This document shows positions 13,101 through 25,300 of a stretch of DNA of 64,000 nt, piece after piece (position 1 is the stretch's first letter; each line of letters starts with the position of its first letter). This DNA is from Phoronis australis (lineage: Eukaryota > Animalia > Phoronida): NCBI GenBank assembly GCA_002633005.1, contig NMRA01000320.1, positions 448,912-512,911 of the forward strand. Reading direction: 5' to 3'. The notes under the pieces were generated by a model that was given only the letters and a program-made list of their open reading frames with translations, had not been told where the DNA came from and searched no databases. A program made the position numbers and the translations under genes.

Positions 13101-13108
13101 GCCATCAT
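1123..13108 (-). CDS. Secreted GH16 beta-1,3-glucan-binding protein / laminarinase-like gene (LGBP/BGRP family), 3'-incomplete
   Basis: Phase-consistent exons: 13108-13039 (signal peptide MMARATLTLPVLCLLVCWTMSFT), probable 12354-11995 (lectin-like, spans N gap), 9515-9424 (RLVFEDNFDTLNFSLWDHEVTTYFGG), 8249-8184 (FQKYVNNRTNSYVRDGILYIKP), 4461-4401, 4099-3941 ([31 protein letters not shown]), 2522-2445 (ALWLLP..YGIWPASGEIDLVETRG), 2312-2195 (QTLHWGP), 1194-1123 (FHTYGAEWN). These are hallmark GH16 LGBP motifs. No APFDQ-type C-terminal exon was found in 1-1122, so the gene runs off the window. Confidence 0.93.
2195..2312 (-). CDS. GH16 gene exon
   Basis: GNQNLTLPDGEQIGITQAGQTLHWGPYWPIDPYYLTRVT. 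Confidence 0.9.
2445..2522 (-). CDS. GH16 gene catalytic exon
   Basis: ALWLLPTHEEYGIWPASGEIDLVETR with the E-x-D-x-x-E motif. Confidence 0.93.
3085..3200. repeat. Dispersed repeat family with a tcacgtgacc core (further copies about 8410-8530 inverted and 11590-11700)
   Basis: Shared block tcacgtgacc(c)aat...aaaa(t)tcaaa(c)tct...aag/aaaa(t)acac seen three times. Confidence 0.6.
3941..4099 (-). CDS. GH16 gene exon
   Basis: [52 protein letters not shown]; AAG acceptor required by an upstream in-frame stop. Confidence 0.9.
4401..4461 (-). CDS. GH16 gene exon
   Basis: TLSSNMPTESSAGGEYLKRK; phase 0 to phase 1, completes the conserved KPTL. Confidence 0.75.
4599..5240 (+). repeat. Dispersed composite MITE-like repeat, copy A
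   Basis: About 640 bp that aligns by eye with the reverse complement of 9958-10913 (ORFs 4829..5011+ and 10054..10320- give nearly the same peptide); contains an internal gatccgccactg terminus. Confidence 0.85.
5330..5970 (+). mobile_element. 5'-truncated, degenerate LINE 3' end (CR1/L2-like ORF2 C-terminus plus tail)
   Basis: Frameshifted peptides HVFFACEVCKEERVQLFQ (C-terminal Zn-knuckle-like) and FLYGCQELNSNENKVLFEIVSEIL, then an AT-rich UTR ending aataaacattaaaaaa. Confidence 0.55.
6180..7130 (-). mobile_element. Possible highly degenerate Gypsy LTR-retrotransposon internal fragment
   Basis: RVFVSQDHMTLLIVNELSTG...RRWPGQLQCC loosely resembles the integrase Zn-binding region (RVVVP..L.ELH..H.G..WWP..C); GC content above flanks; many stops. 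Confidence 0.3.
8184..8249 (-). CDS. GH16 gene exon
   Basis: FQKYVNNRTNSYVRDGILYIKP; ttttcag acceptor, gtaagt donor. Confidence 0.9.
9169..9316. mobile_element. About 150-bp MITE, copy 1 of 3
   Basis: TIRs cgttcagttacg / cgttactgaacg; homologous to 55193-55343 (inverted) and 63429-63572. Confidence 0.75.
9424..9515 (-). CDS. GH16 gene exon
   Basis: HPRMRLVFEDNFDTLNFSLWDHEVTTYFGG, AG/GT bounded. Confidence 0.9.
9958..10913 (-). repeat. Dispersed composite MITE-like repeat, copy B (inverted relative to A, with a nested insertion)
   Basis: Reverse complement of 4599-5240 plus the insert at 10543-10765 and extra internal sequence. Confidence 0.85.
10543..10765. mobile_element. hAT-like MITE with a 5-bp TSD, nested in repeat copy B
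   Basis: TIRs cagtggcagatctac / gtagatccgcctcta, flanked by ctatg on both sides; copy A shows the empty site. Confidence 0.75.
11995..12354 (-). CDS. GH16 gene probable exon 2: divergent SUEL/galactose-rhamnose-binding lectin-like domain (interrupted by N gap 12035-12170)
   Basis: Pyrimidine-rich acceptor ttttccttgcccactcgcag, phase 1; DSYRLICRRNKLRVSCPRGNLVHIQSAIRRRQ...LQLQRCNTA-gap-CVCLSPRENHPLA; weak phase-1 donor C|gttaat fits the next exon. Confidence 0.55.
12035..12170. other. Assembly gap (136 N)
   Basis: Run of n. Confidence 1.
13039..13108 (-). CDS. GH16 gene exon 1 (signal peptide)
   Basis: MMARATLTLPVLCLLVCWTMSFT, then G|gtaagc phase-1 donor. Confidence 0.75.
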
Positions 13109-13797
13109 CGTCTTCCCGCGGAAAACAAGGTTCAGTACCTGAGATTGATTTTGACAGAATAGTCGACCTTAGAATTCCAAAACCACGTTTACAGCACAGA
13201 TTCTAAACTCAAGCTTTAATACGAAGACTTGAGTTTATTTTTGCACCTCCTGTCTGATCTATTTTCCAGTTCTTTGTACCCGACACACTTTTGGCCTCCT
13301 TTGCATTGTACGGTTGCAGGGGTGATAGAATATTGATGCAAGGCTGGTGGACGATTGCCGTCTCAACATTAATAATTTCTGATATTCCAGCTTTACGTCA
13401 AATGTAATCTATAATCCCTAAGTTGTTGCCACGCAAACACGATTATGAATCCATTAACTATCGTAACAAGCAAAATACTCATTTCTTCCAGGACTTCGTT
13501 AATTAAGGGGCGTTGTGATTCCGTCGTTAATTGCTTAGATGTCAATGTTGAATTTTTAATCGAAGCTTTTTGAGGTGTGCAAACGTTCATTCGATCTTTA
13601 AAGCTGAACTTCGTCCAGTTAAGCTTGTTAAAAAAGCGAAAATCAATGCCTTTATTCTGATAAAATCGATCACATGGTATTCTTTGAGGGTACAGGACTC
13701 TGTTTCAACATCGAAAGCACTCAATTTTCGAGAAAACGCTTCAGAGTGTGTAAGGAATGACAAACCCTCAAAGACGATGCATGTACGCTTTGATATG

Positions 13798-14150
13798 TAC
13801 TTGAGTTGGCAACGCACTGTGAGGGATATTATAAGCCCAGTTACTTGAGTTGGTAACGCACTGTGAGGGATATTATAAGCCCAGTTACTTGAGTTGGTAA
13901 CGCACTGTGAGGGATATTATAAGCCCAGTTATTTGAGTTGGCAACGCACTGTGAGGAATATTATAAGCCCAGTTACTTGAGTTGGTAACGCACTGTGAGG
14001 AATATTATAAGCCCAGTTATTTGAGTTGGTAACGCACTGTGAAGAATATCATAAGCCCAGTTACTTGAGTTGGTAACGCACTGTGAGGAATATTATAAGC
14101 CCAGTTACTTGAGTTGGTAACGCACTGTGAGCAATATTATAAGCCCAGTT
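13798..14150. repeat. 44-bp minisatellite, about 8 copies
   Basis: Head-to-tail ttacttgagttggtaacgcactgtgaggaatattataagcccag, no spacers. Confidence 0.95.
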
Positions 14151-16277
14151 TTAAAGGTTCAATGCCTAATTTAATTTTCGTTTCAGCCTGTTAAACAGAT
14201 TGAAATGCAACTGCAGTTGTCTTGCCAAGCGACCAGGCAACTCAAATCACAGGCAATACGTACACTGCACGAAAAGCGCGATATTCAAGCCTCTACACGA
14301 AATACTAATCCTTGAAAAACGGAAAACTCTTTGTTATCATGCATTGCTCGAGTTAAATTAACATTCTATAACTCCTATAAACACCCCTGGAAACGGGCAT
14401 TAATTATCAAGCGTTATGAAAACGCCTTGAATATTATTACAGTATTTTTATGCGTCGAATTCGCAAATTTTATTGTTAGCGAACTCAGATATTCTTGTCA
14501 GTAATGTACAAAGAATTATATAAAGGTAAGCAATCGTATGATCCCGCTTTGACGAGAGCAAAAAAACTACTTCAGTTTTCGGATGAGTGGTCTTTAGGCA
14601 GCTAAACAGGGCGAATCGAAACTTTAACACAAGTTAAACCCTTCGTCTACTACAGGGAATATATGAACTATAGGTCCAGCAATACATACACGGATTATTT
14701 ATATTCGTACATGTATATATTGGTTTTCAAAGTTATGAATCCTGTATAATAGGTAAGCCTCAGTGTCTACTAAGAAACCGATTTGCCGCGATTAAAAACC
14801 GACTACCGTGTTGCCATACGATACTATTCATGTGTACTTTTGCTATGGCAGTTTATTCCAAGGCATGTGAACTGGGTTCTGCTCCCGTTACAAAGTTCGT
14901 CACAAAATGCCTTGGACCCTATCCATACACTGACTGTTTTATCAATATTAGGATTCAAGTGAGAATACTTTGCCAACTGGTAGAGAAACTCAAGTCATCA
15001 TTTTGAAGAGCGCACCACTAATCATCTAGAAAGAGTATGGTATCATCTGCATATTGAATAATTTTATAAATTTGTATTCTAAAGAACTCACTTTTACGTC
15101 GCATTTTCTCAACTAAGATGTCATAATTTCAGCACTTAAGAAAAAGATATGATGCAGTTATAATAAATGTTCAACTAGTTGCATGTAAATCCAGACTGGA
15201 AGACAAAAAGTTGAACACTTTCGTTGAATTGTAAACCAACGAATACTCCCGGCGCACTTTAAATAAAGTAGAAGTTGGAAATACAATTTGGCCAATTCTG
15301 CTTTCATAAAAATGTGAGTAACGTTTTGCTATTATAATTTAGATAAATCCACATTTTGTTTCTAGTTTTTACGGATGCCTCATATCACATCAACTGAAGC
15401 GTTTTTGTGAAAATTCAAGTTCGGACACAAGGGTAAAACTGCAAAGCTCTTTCACCAAAACGCGTTTTTTCAGACATTATGGACTATTTTTTGCCACTTC
15501 AATTTACAAAAACTAAAGGAATGAAAAGCAACCAGACGATTAAATGCACAAAACAGAGAAATGTTGTTGCCTGTCTTTATTTGCGGCTTTAGAAAAAGGC
15601 ACAGAAGTTTCACCGAGTTGCTCTTGGCAAGATAGTGACAAACCAGCACTTTGAAAGAATTTGATCCTCAGGGCAGCATCCACCCAGTAAACTTAAAGGA
15701 AATCCAATGAGTTTTGTTTTTGATCAGAATGCATGCAAAGAGAAAAATAAGATTTCATTTTCTCCATAAATTATGGAATTCACCAACAGCAATTACAGAG
15801 ATATATACATCTTAAAAGCAATAGCCACAATATGGTTGATAGAGTACACAACATTAACGTACAATAACCATGAATGACATTAATCCTTGATAAACACAAA
15901 TGATTGATGACTCATACATCTGAATGACCCCTGACCTTGACCACTTGTTGGTTCCAAGTTGATCTCATTAAAGAACAGTAGGCTTCATTACACACAATAG
16001 AAAACGAGGCTAGTGAAAATCCTCTAATAAATAATAACAGCTTAGCTCAACTCTGAGAGTAATACAATCCTAGGCTCAACTGTAGTTTTTGAAAACAGCT
16101 CCTGGAACTCATTTTTCACATTTTCTGTAGTATTTCTGAACAGTCAAATTTCATTGCCCACCACGATTGTGAATACGAATACAGAACCGTAAGTACTGTA
16201 GCCTAGCCACCAGAGGGCGCCAGGAATGGAAGGCTAATAAATGAATAAAACATTGATTAACAACATAAAATATACTT

Positions 16278-16337
16278 CTACATTGCATCAAAATGGAACT
16301 TGTGAGCATCTTGCCTCTTCTCCATTTTATCCTCTCT
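16278..16337 (-). CDS. ITFG1: ITFG1 last coding exon
   Basis: REDKMEKRQDAHKFHFDAM*. Confidence 0.95.
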   Translation of the reverse strand, partial: REDKMEKRQDAHKFHFDAM

Positions 16338-19300
16338 CTGAAACAAACCAACAAAAACAGTGTTACTGGGCTGAATCAAATAAATTAACGCGCCCATCTT
16401 ACCTTGTGAAAAAATAGAGCTGTGTCATTTAAACAAGAGCAACGGAGAAGCTTACTAGTACACTGCAAATGGTACGTTTCTAGGGGTATTTATGTTTTGT
16501 GTAAAGGTACAAGGAGACAACAGTTTGACCACCAGAGGTAGCTGCAGTAGTCAGAATTGAGGAAATCCAATCAAAAATATTAGAAATAAACATTTTTCAA
16601 CATTTGTAGACAAAGAAATAAAACATGCCACAACGGGACACAGCACTAGGCATCCAAAAAATTAGAGGTCTAGTCTACTTCTGTCCATAAAAAGACAACC
16701 AATGGGTTTGGAAGAGCAGATAGACACCAAATGACATAATGTGCAAAGCACTTGCTAGAATCTGCTCAAAACTCAAACCTGCCAATATCTCCAAAGTGGA
16801 ATGATCACTAGAGGATGATGCAGAAGTCAAGTCATGCAGAACACTGCACATATAATTTCAAGCACATCATCCATGTCGCTGAGACGCTTTGAAGAAATTT
16901 GGACCAGCAGTACCAACGAATGTTTCCCATTTTTGCAAAAATAAAGAAAATCTCACCTTTTCTTTCCAGTGGAGTAGTCCAACAATCAAGGCTATAAAAG
17001 CGCACGTTCCCAGCAATGCAATGCCTGTGAGAAGCATCAGCCGACTGGGAATGACAAACAGCTTGTTCGTCCACCTAATTGACAAAGGCAATTAAATATC
17101 ATCACTAATTTGTTTGCACCATAAAAATTCTTCAATTTGGGACAAAAAGTAATTGCTAAAATTTCCAATTTTAAGACTTTCTAATTTGCCGCACGTGCTC
17201 AAAATTCCCCCAAGAGTAATTTAAGGACATTCGCACAGTAAAATCCATGACAGGAATTCTTCCAGTGGTAAGTACTTAGCTGAGAAATTTGACAAAATGA
17301 AATTCAGTTTGCATATTAATCATTTACTTTGAGAGATCTTTAATTCTGAATAGGCACCATTTTCAGTCACCCAGTTGAGGTACATAATAACGAAACTGAA
17401 TCATTTACTGGACAACGGGACTGGCGGTTAGTGTGGTAGGCTTCATGTGGTGGCTTCAATGTCAGTAAGCATGCAGCACTTAATTCACAGCATTTGAATG
17501 AATTTTCTGCTGTTCTGCGGGTTCAAAATTAGCGCCAGTTTGCCAATTATGTTTGAATGCTGAATAAACAGAGCTCAACTTAAAGGAAATTACAAACTGA
17601 TCAAGATGAATTTCACATGTTCCCGTTGTCTAGAACTATTTCCCTTTAAGGACACTTTTCCCAGATTAGCGTTCACAGTTTCATCATGCTTAGTTCAGCA
17701 CTAAAGTCCATGTACCGTCAGTATCTTCACTGATGATATCCCCAGCTTTCAAAGCAAAAGGTTGTTCACAGCCTGAGTGTCAGATTGTGATGTCAACCTC
17801 TTCAACTAAAGTTCAGCACACTCCAAATGACAGACAAACGCACAGTACTACGACAAAATAACACATTACACAAGAGTCCAATAGTTCACCTACTTGCCAC
17901 CTAAATACCCCAAACTAAGATCCTAGCCCAAAAGCATCCATCATGTAAACATAAATTCTGTGATCCACATCAGGTAGCTAATACTTGTACAGAAACCCTT
18001 AAAAGGATGTTAAAACCTGTTTAGGTTAATAAAGGGATAATAACTACAGCGATACTGCTAAAGTCCTTTCAAGCAAAATAAAATTTCGTAACCCTTGCAC
18101 ATCCTTAAAAGCTTTTGAGAGAGTTTGAAAACTATTTTCAAGTTTGGTAAATGGACAATTAGCATGCCTGACAAGTTGGGTATTGGATGTGGAGAAAGGT
18201 CATCAATCTCAAACCTCAGGAAGAAATTAATAAGTTTTCTCTCATGGGATATAATAATAGCTCAACATGAGGTTAGAAAGTTTTGGATGAAACCACCACA
18301 ACAGGTTTTACTGTCCTTGTAGTCAAGATTACAATGAGTGCCAGTTCATATTTTGTTTAGACTGTAACTGCTTACTTCTGAGGCTGATCAGGGGGGTAGG
18401 GATACACCACCAGCTGTGAGTTGGGAATGATGAGTGTCCATTGATGAGAGCGGCTAGTCTGAAAAATATGGTGGTGTAATGAATACACGGGTCTTATAAT
18501 GAACACACGGGTCTTGTAATGAACACACGGGTCCTGTAATGAACACACGGGTCTTGTTATGAACACACGGGTCTTGTAATGAACACACGGGTCTTGTAAT
18601 GAACACACGGGTCTTGTAATGAACACACGGGTCTTGTAATGNCCATGTGCCGTCAGTATCTTCACTGATGATATCCCCAGCTTTCAAAGCAAAAGGTTGT
18701 TCACAGCCTGAGTGTCAGATTGTGATGTCAGCCTCTTCAACTAAAGATCAACACATTCCAAATCACAGACAACCACATAGTACTACGACAAAATAACACA
18801 TTACACAACAGTCCAATAGTTCACCTACTTGCCATCTAAATACCCCAAACTAAGATCCTAGCCCAAAAGCATCATCATGCAAACATAAATTCTGAGAACC
18901 ACATCAGGTAGCTAATACTTGTACAGAAACCCTTAAAAGGATGTTAAAACCTGTTTAGGTCAATAAAGGGATACTAACTACAGCGATACTGCTAAAGTCC
19001 TTTCAAGCAAAATAAAATTCTGTAACCCTTGCACATCCTTAAAAGCTTTAGAGAGAGTTTGAAAACTATTTTCAAGTTTGGTAAATGGACAATTAGCATG
19101 CCTGACATGTTGGGTATTGGATGTGGAGAAAGGTCATCAATCTCAAACCTCAGGAAGACATTAATAAGTTATCTCTCATGGGATATAATAATAGCTTAAC
19201 ATGAGGTTAGAAAGTTTTGGATGAAACCACCACAACAGGTTTTATTGTTCTTGAAGTTAAGGCTACAGTGAGTGCCAGTTCATATTTTGTTTAGACTGTA

Positions 19301-22300
19301 ACTGCTTACTTCTGAGGCTGATCAGGGGGGTAGGGATACACCACCAGCTGTGAGTTGGGAATGATGAGTGTCCATTGATGAGAGCGGCTAGTCTGAAAAA
19401 TATGGTGGTGTAATGAATACACGGGTCTTATAATGAACACACGGGTCTTGTAATGAACACACGGGTCTTGTAATGAACACACGGGTCTTGTTATGAACAC
19501 ACGGGTCTTGTAATGTCCCACATATCATCATTTCATTGTTGTGTGAAAGCAGCATATTGTGTGTCAGAAATTTTGTCAGTATTTGCGTATTTATAGCATG
19601 CATAAAGTTGAATAAACTAAGTGATAACAACACTGGATTAGCTTAAGCCACATATTAAGTATCATGTTAAGCCACAATCGGCTTTATCCAATTGAAACAG
19701 CCATGTCTAACAAGCAACCTTTAGATCCACTGTGTAGCATGCTTTCAATTACTCAAATAGCTACTTAAGTAGATCTGTATATATGGTAAAAATTGAAGTA
19801 TAATTTTCTTGATTTTCATAAACACAAACCTTTTGACTGGGTATACCAACACGCATCGTGTCGACAAAGTTGGGTGTTTTGCCTAGACCAAAATCGACAT
19901 AAGGGAGCTGGAGAGCAAAATGGGCAGTTTTGGACAGCTGAGTATCTGCAAATAAAAACGGACAAGAATGCCCACATTCACAATGCTGTCTTAACACAGA
20001 GGGTACTACAAAATCTCAATGTTTTTACAGCTACTTTTAACATTATTTACCAAACTTCTAAACACTGAGTGGCTGTAAACCTGGGACAACACAGAAGTAA
20101 TTACATGTATCAGCAGCAGTCACATACAAATAGGTCTTCTTTATCGCACCATATTTGCATCAGCTGTTCATCATCAGCAACAACTTCTGCCTTGCGCTAG
20201 TTGCCGGACATGTATGTGTAGACTCTCCAATTTAAGTGGGGCAAGTTGTCCTAGAGCGAGTTGTTCTAGGGTAGACTGCATGTGGACATAATGTGCACCC
20301 TATGAGTTGTCCTAGAGCGAGTTGTTCTAGGGTAGACTGCATGTGGACATAATCTGCACCCTATGAGTTGTCCTAGAGCGAGTTGTTCTAGGGTAGACTG
20401 CATGTGGACATAATATGTACCCTATGAGTTCAATGGTCTTACCGCAGCTCATCTCTAAGTTTCCCTCCAGTGTGGTAGTGTTGTAACAGACAGCAGCACC
20501 AGCCGTGACAAGTCCATAGTCCTACAACAGATGAACATGGGAGAGCCACATTTAATAACATCACTTCAGGCTTTCATTGGAGTCGAGAGTACTTCAGTAA
20601 ATCTACCGAAAGATCTGACACTGATGAACACACCCTTGTCAAGCTTTATTCATGAAATCTCTGAGTAAAACTTGACAATGGTGGATGTTTTACTGTCGAA
20701 ACATGTCGCTACATTTTACAAATGTTGTTGTCTTTATTCAAATTTCAGCAAATCTGTTCTTTGTCATGGTAATAAATTCAGTTTATTAGCATGACAAATA
20801 ATATTTTTTTCAATCACCTCTCAATAGGTGCGACACCTGCTGAGTCTTGTTCAACATGAGGACATAACATTGTGAGTGGTGCAGCCATGACCATTTAGTT
20901 GAGAGACCATTACATGAGCCAGTGCGCCACCTAGCTGCTGCTAAAGCCATAAGTGCCCGATCACGTCTGATTTTATAGCAAGAGTGCTTAAAATCCAACC
21001 CCAGGAGTGGCTGCTCCTTCAAAATCACATAATCACACCAGAATTAGTTTTGTTGATGTCAAAAATGCTAACTTAAGAATTAGACAGCTTAGCATTACAA
21101 AACTGATCTTAACAGCTGTGAGAAACTGAACTCATAAGTTGGAATTTCCAGTTGGTCCTTTCATGGAACAAAAGTAGTAAAGCTGTCAGTCAAATGGAAA
21201 AAGGCGGGCCTTCATGATCAAATTGCAAAAAGATAGAAGTTTAGCGTATGATGAGGCCAACATAGAAGTTGGGGTTCTATCCAGAATTTGCACTTCTGCG
21301 TGAAACATTTGAAAAACTCTAAGGAGCAAATTTTCAAAAAATTTTGTGCGTTACAGAAAGGTAGACACTGACATGCACTGTACACTATTAATTTCTGAAA
21401 AGTAAAAAATGGACAGAAATCATGAATAACACCACTTTAAGACGTAAACAAGAAAACTGACGACGTGTATAACTGAAACTTAGGTGCATGCGTCAATATG
21501 CGAAACGCTTCACTAAAACACTTTCTGTGAAAATATCCATAACTATTGCAAGTGCCTAAATACATCCATATATGGTATACTTGGTACTTAGCAATCTTGG
21601 ATGCACACAGGCACAAGTATAAGAAGCATTTATATGGAGAAATATTAATGAATGTTAATGGCAGGGCGTTTTATTTACAATACTTACACAGGTCGATGAC
21701 TCTGTGCACAAACTGGACAGCACTGAAAGTCAATAACGAAACAAGGTTACCAAAAATAGGAACGCACAATGTGCATCACAAAAAATATATGAATCATCGA
21801 AAAGAATTTTTCCATTAAGTAAACAATAATCACAAAAACAACTTCTGGTGATTTTGATATTAAACCATGGAGAAACATGTTTTAAAGGTAAAACTTGTAC
21901 TGACTTGCTTATATTTAAGTCAGATTTTAATGAAAATGTTACTGACAATATACTTTGCTACATGAAGTTGTTTCATTATTAATCTAAATGAGCCTATAAA
22001 ATCACAACTTTGAACCAAAGAGAATTTTTTTCAGGAGAACAGGTTTCAGTTGAATTTATGGGTTTATCAAAATGTAAAAGCTGTCTCTCAGCAGAACAAA
22101 TTCAAAAATAATTTCAAGCTAAGAGCAAGATAACTTATGAACATGTTTAAGAGCACTCAAATAGAATATGATACGAACCATTACTTACTGCATTTGAAAG
22201 ACACCTTACATGAACTGTCAATGTTTTATAAGAAGGATGCACAAGTCATTTAGATTTTTCACTTAAAAACACTTGCCCAAAGCTTTAATAAAGCAGTTGT

Positions 22301-25300
22301 CCTTGGCAACATCATTCCTAAATGCCAGCAAGTTAAATTTTCCATCTTGTTTTGTCACTATCAGGATATCCATGGTGCCCTGAAAAAAGATTAAGAAAAG
22401 ACTTTACTTCCTAAAAACAAATGAAAAATAGATGTTTTATGCGTTATTCACCACTTGTGATTTCACAAAGAATTTATAGCCACTGGCACAGATATATTGC
22501 AGAAGCTGCCCTCTGTTTGAATTCATCTTCACTATACTCCTCTCCCAAATGAAAGTTTTAAAATTACGAAAGGCCTTTATAATTCTATTAAAAAGAGAGA
22601 CGCAGCAAAGCAACAAAGTAAGACAAAAATAAGGTAACATTACATCCACCTAATGTGCAAGTATCATTACTCAAAATAACGTCACCAATCATACATCACA
22701 AGAACAACTCCAGTGACATCTGTAGGAAAAAAACAACACCTACATCTTCACCAATGTCATAGAATGTGGCCAGAACTGGATGTTCCGTCTTGTTCAGGGC
22801 AGTTTCCCACAAAATGTGGAATGTCCGGCCGAATGTAGGACACTTCTTGACACCAGGGGCACATGGCACATTTTCTAATAAAACAACTTGGTGGCTCAAT
22901 GATCTGGAATAAGATATTTACAAAAATTTGACGAGATGAAACGATACTGATTGGCCAAGAAAAACCTTCAATATTGGTTCAGATCTACACTCATTGTAAA
23001 GAGCCCTGTACACAACAATAGACTTAAAGCAGACTCGTCTCCCTAATGAATGAACATATTAAGCAAAATTAGCAGAAGCCGCTCACAAATAAAATTTCTC
23101 CAAATTTATCAAGCTGTGGCTTAAAATTTCATATATTTACACAACACTTTACATCTAAAGCAAGGCACCACTTAAATGAAGTTGTTTATCGTTTCCTTTA
23201 GAAAAATAAAAATAGTTCAACCAAAACCCATGCTGATGCATCATTATAATTTGCACATAAGTGGAGATATCAAACTCATACTTGTCACTGTTCACTGTAT
23301 ACAACACGGTAAGAGCATCCGGATAACTATCCTGGTTGAAATCTCCCACCCAAAGTTGTAGCGGCTGTGTCAGTTCCTGATTGACACTCTTATCCGGGGG
23401 TGTGAACCTCCAGACAGTGCCACCATTGGACAGCTTGACTGGAATTGTCTGCCACTGTAAACGCAACATCATAATCATAACGGTTAAAAGGAAAATGCAG
23501 ATCACGTCGAATGAAAGATTTTAAGAAATACTTTGACAAAGTTGAATATATTTGTCTCAGGGTCAGTATTTTACGCAATTACCTTGTCTCTCTACCTTTA
23601 GTAACTGAGCTCGTTTATTTTTAAATATTTTTTTAAAATGTGTACAGCTTCAGAAATCGTTTTCCCATTGTAACCCAGTTGCCATACATTCACCAGTACG
23701 ACCAAGCTCAGAAGAGCAGGATACAATGGGCTTAGTGGACAATGTTTTCTCTTTATCAAGGGACATGAATATTAGGCTCCTATTTTGTGATTCCTTTTAT
23801 CGAAAATTTAGCGAACATATCTTAGGTTACCTTGTTATTTGAGTACAGATGCAGCTGACTGTTGCTACAATCTTCATCAGTGCAAGATGGGAGGAGTATA
23901 TCAACTTGACCATCAGAATCTGAAAAGCCCATAACATTTCAGGATTTCTGTTACAAAACCCAATAACTTTTCTGGCCAACATGGAGAGTCAGTAGACAAA
24001 GTGCGAAACTAATGCCCTAGTAACAAGTGCTGAGGCGCTGTTCTTCAATTTTAGACTGACATAATTTTTTGACATTTTTACCTAAAGCAGCAAATAAACT
24101 CACCTTCCATCACAGATTGACAAATTATGATTTAAATAAATTACCGGTACGCAATAAGTCTCAAACTGTTTTTAAGTCAAATTGGATGCAATTTCAGGTT
24201 TGACACTAGTCTGTGCTGGTTGGCTTGTCACATAATAAGTGTTTCTAGCTGCTTTCATGGAATACGCTACCTTCATTACCAAGTGTGTACTTTCTCCAGT
24301 AACTTTTTGAATATTAATGGTATACTCAAAAACTATATTTCTAAAATCCTTGATGACCATAGAATCTTATGTGCAGGAAACCACTACCCAGATGTTCATA
24401 ATCTTATGATTTCAAGATAGTGTGACAAAAATCTGTTTCTGGAAAAAACATCAATCATCGTGAAAAATCTTGATCTATACATTTTCCAACATGAATGTTT
24501 TTGCCAAAAATTTGCTAATTCTGTTTCTTTAAATTAGCTACAAAAGAATGCATGGGATTATCTTTTAAGGACTTTAAGCACAAACGCACTACTGTCAAAA
24601 ATTAAGACTTCCGTCTTTTTCAATTAATCTTGAGGTCTTCACTTTTAACAGCAGAGTTATCAGGCAAAGAGGCTTTAAAAGAAAACCCCATGCATGCTTT
24701 TGTTTCAAGTGAACAAATTCAGGTTTGTGGAAATAATGACAATCTTCGGAAAAAATCTAAATTTTTTTGGAAAAAAAATAATCACATGATTATGAACGTC
24801 TGGGCATTATTTTTGTGCACATAATGAGACTCTGTGACCACCAAGGAAATATAGTTTTATGGGTCTACTATTGATACTTAAACGCTTCAGAAGCACTTTG
24901 CTCCTCCATAATGAAGATGAATATTTAGTAAAACGTTGATCCTGTGACCAGGAAGATCATTTTCAATAGACACCCGCTGAAAAAGTCTACACAGTCAGCC
25001 TTCTGCGGCAATAAGTCATGTCTCCAAACGAACTGTCCCAACTTACAGCAAAGGCATCGATTTTGACCTTGATGCATCAGGCACCAAAATACGCCTTTAC
25101 AGATTATGATGAACATATTTTGATGCACCAAAATTGCAACAGCAAACAATGCTGGTATTAAGGAGAAAAACGACTCGTGACAGTAACTAAAATATTTTTA
25201 AATATAAACAGTGTAGAAAATGGATTGGGGATCTCCCAAGAACGTGCAGCATTGTGGGTAAACAGCAAGGTCCAGATTTCATTTTGCAATTTGATTAATA

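Noticed and set aside
13798-14150. CRISPR-like array
   Set aside because: Units are contiguous with no unique spacers, there are no cas genes, and the context is eukaryotic; it is a minisatellite.
18372-18687. Repetitive ORFs (HYKTRVFITRPVCSLQDPCV)n
   Set aside because: Translation of the 20-bp intronic minisatellite; only the terminal 83 nt is real ITFG1 exon.
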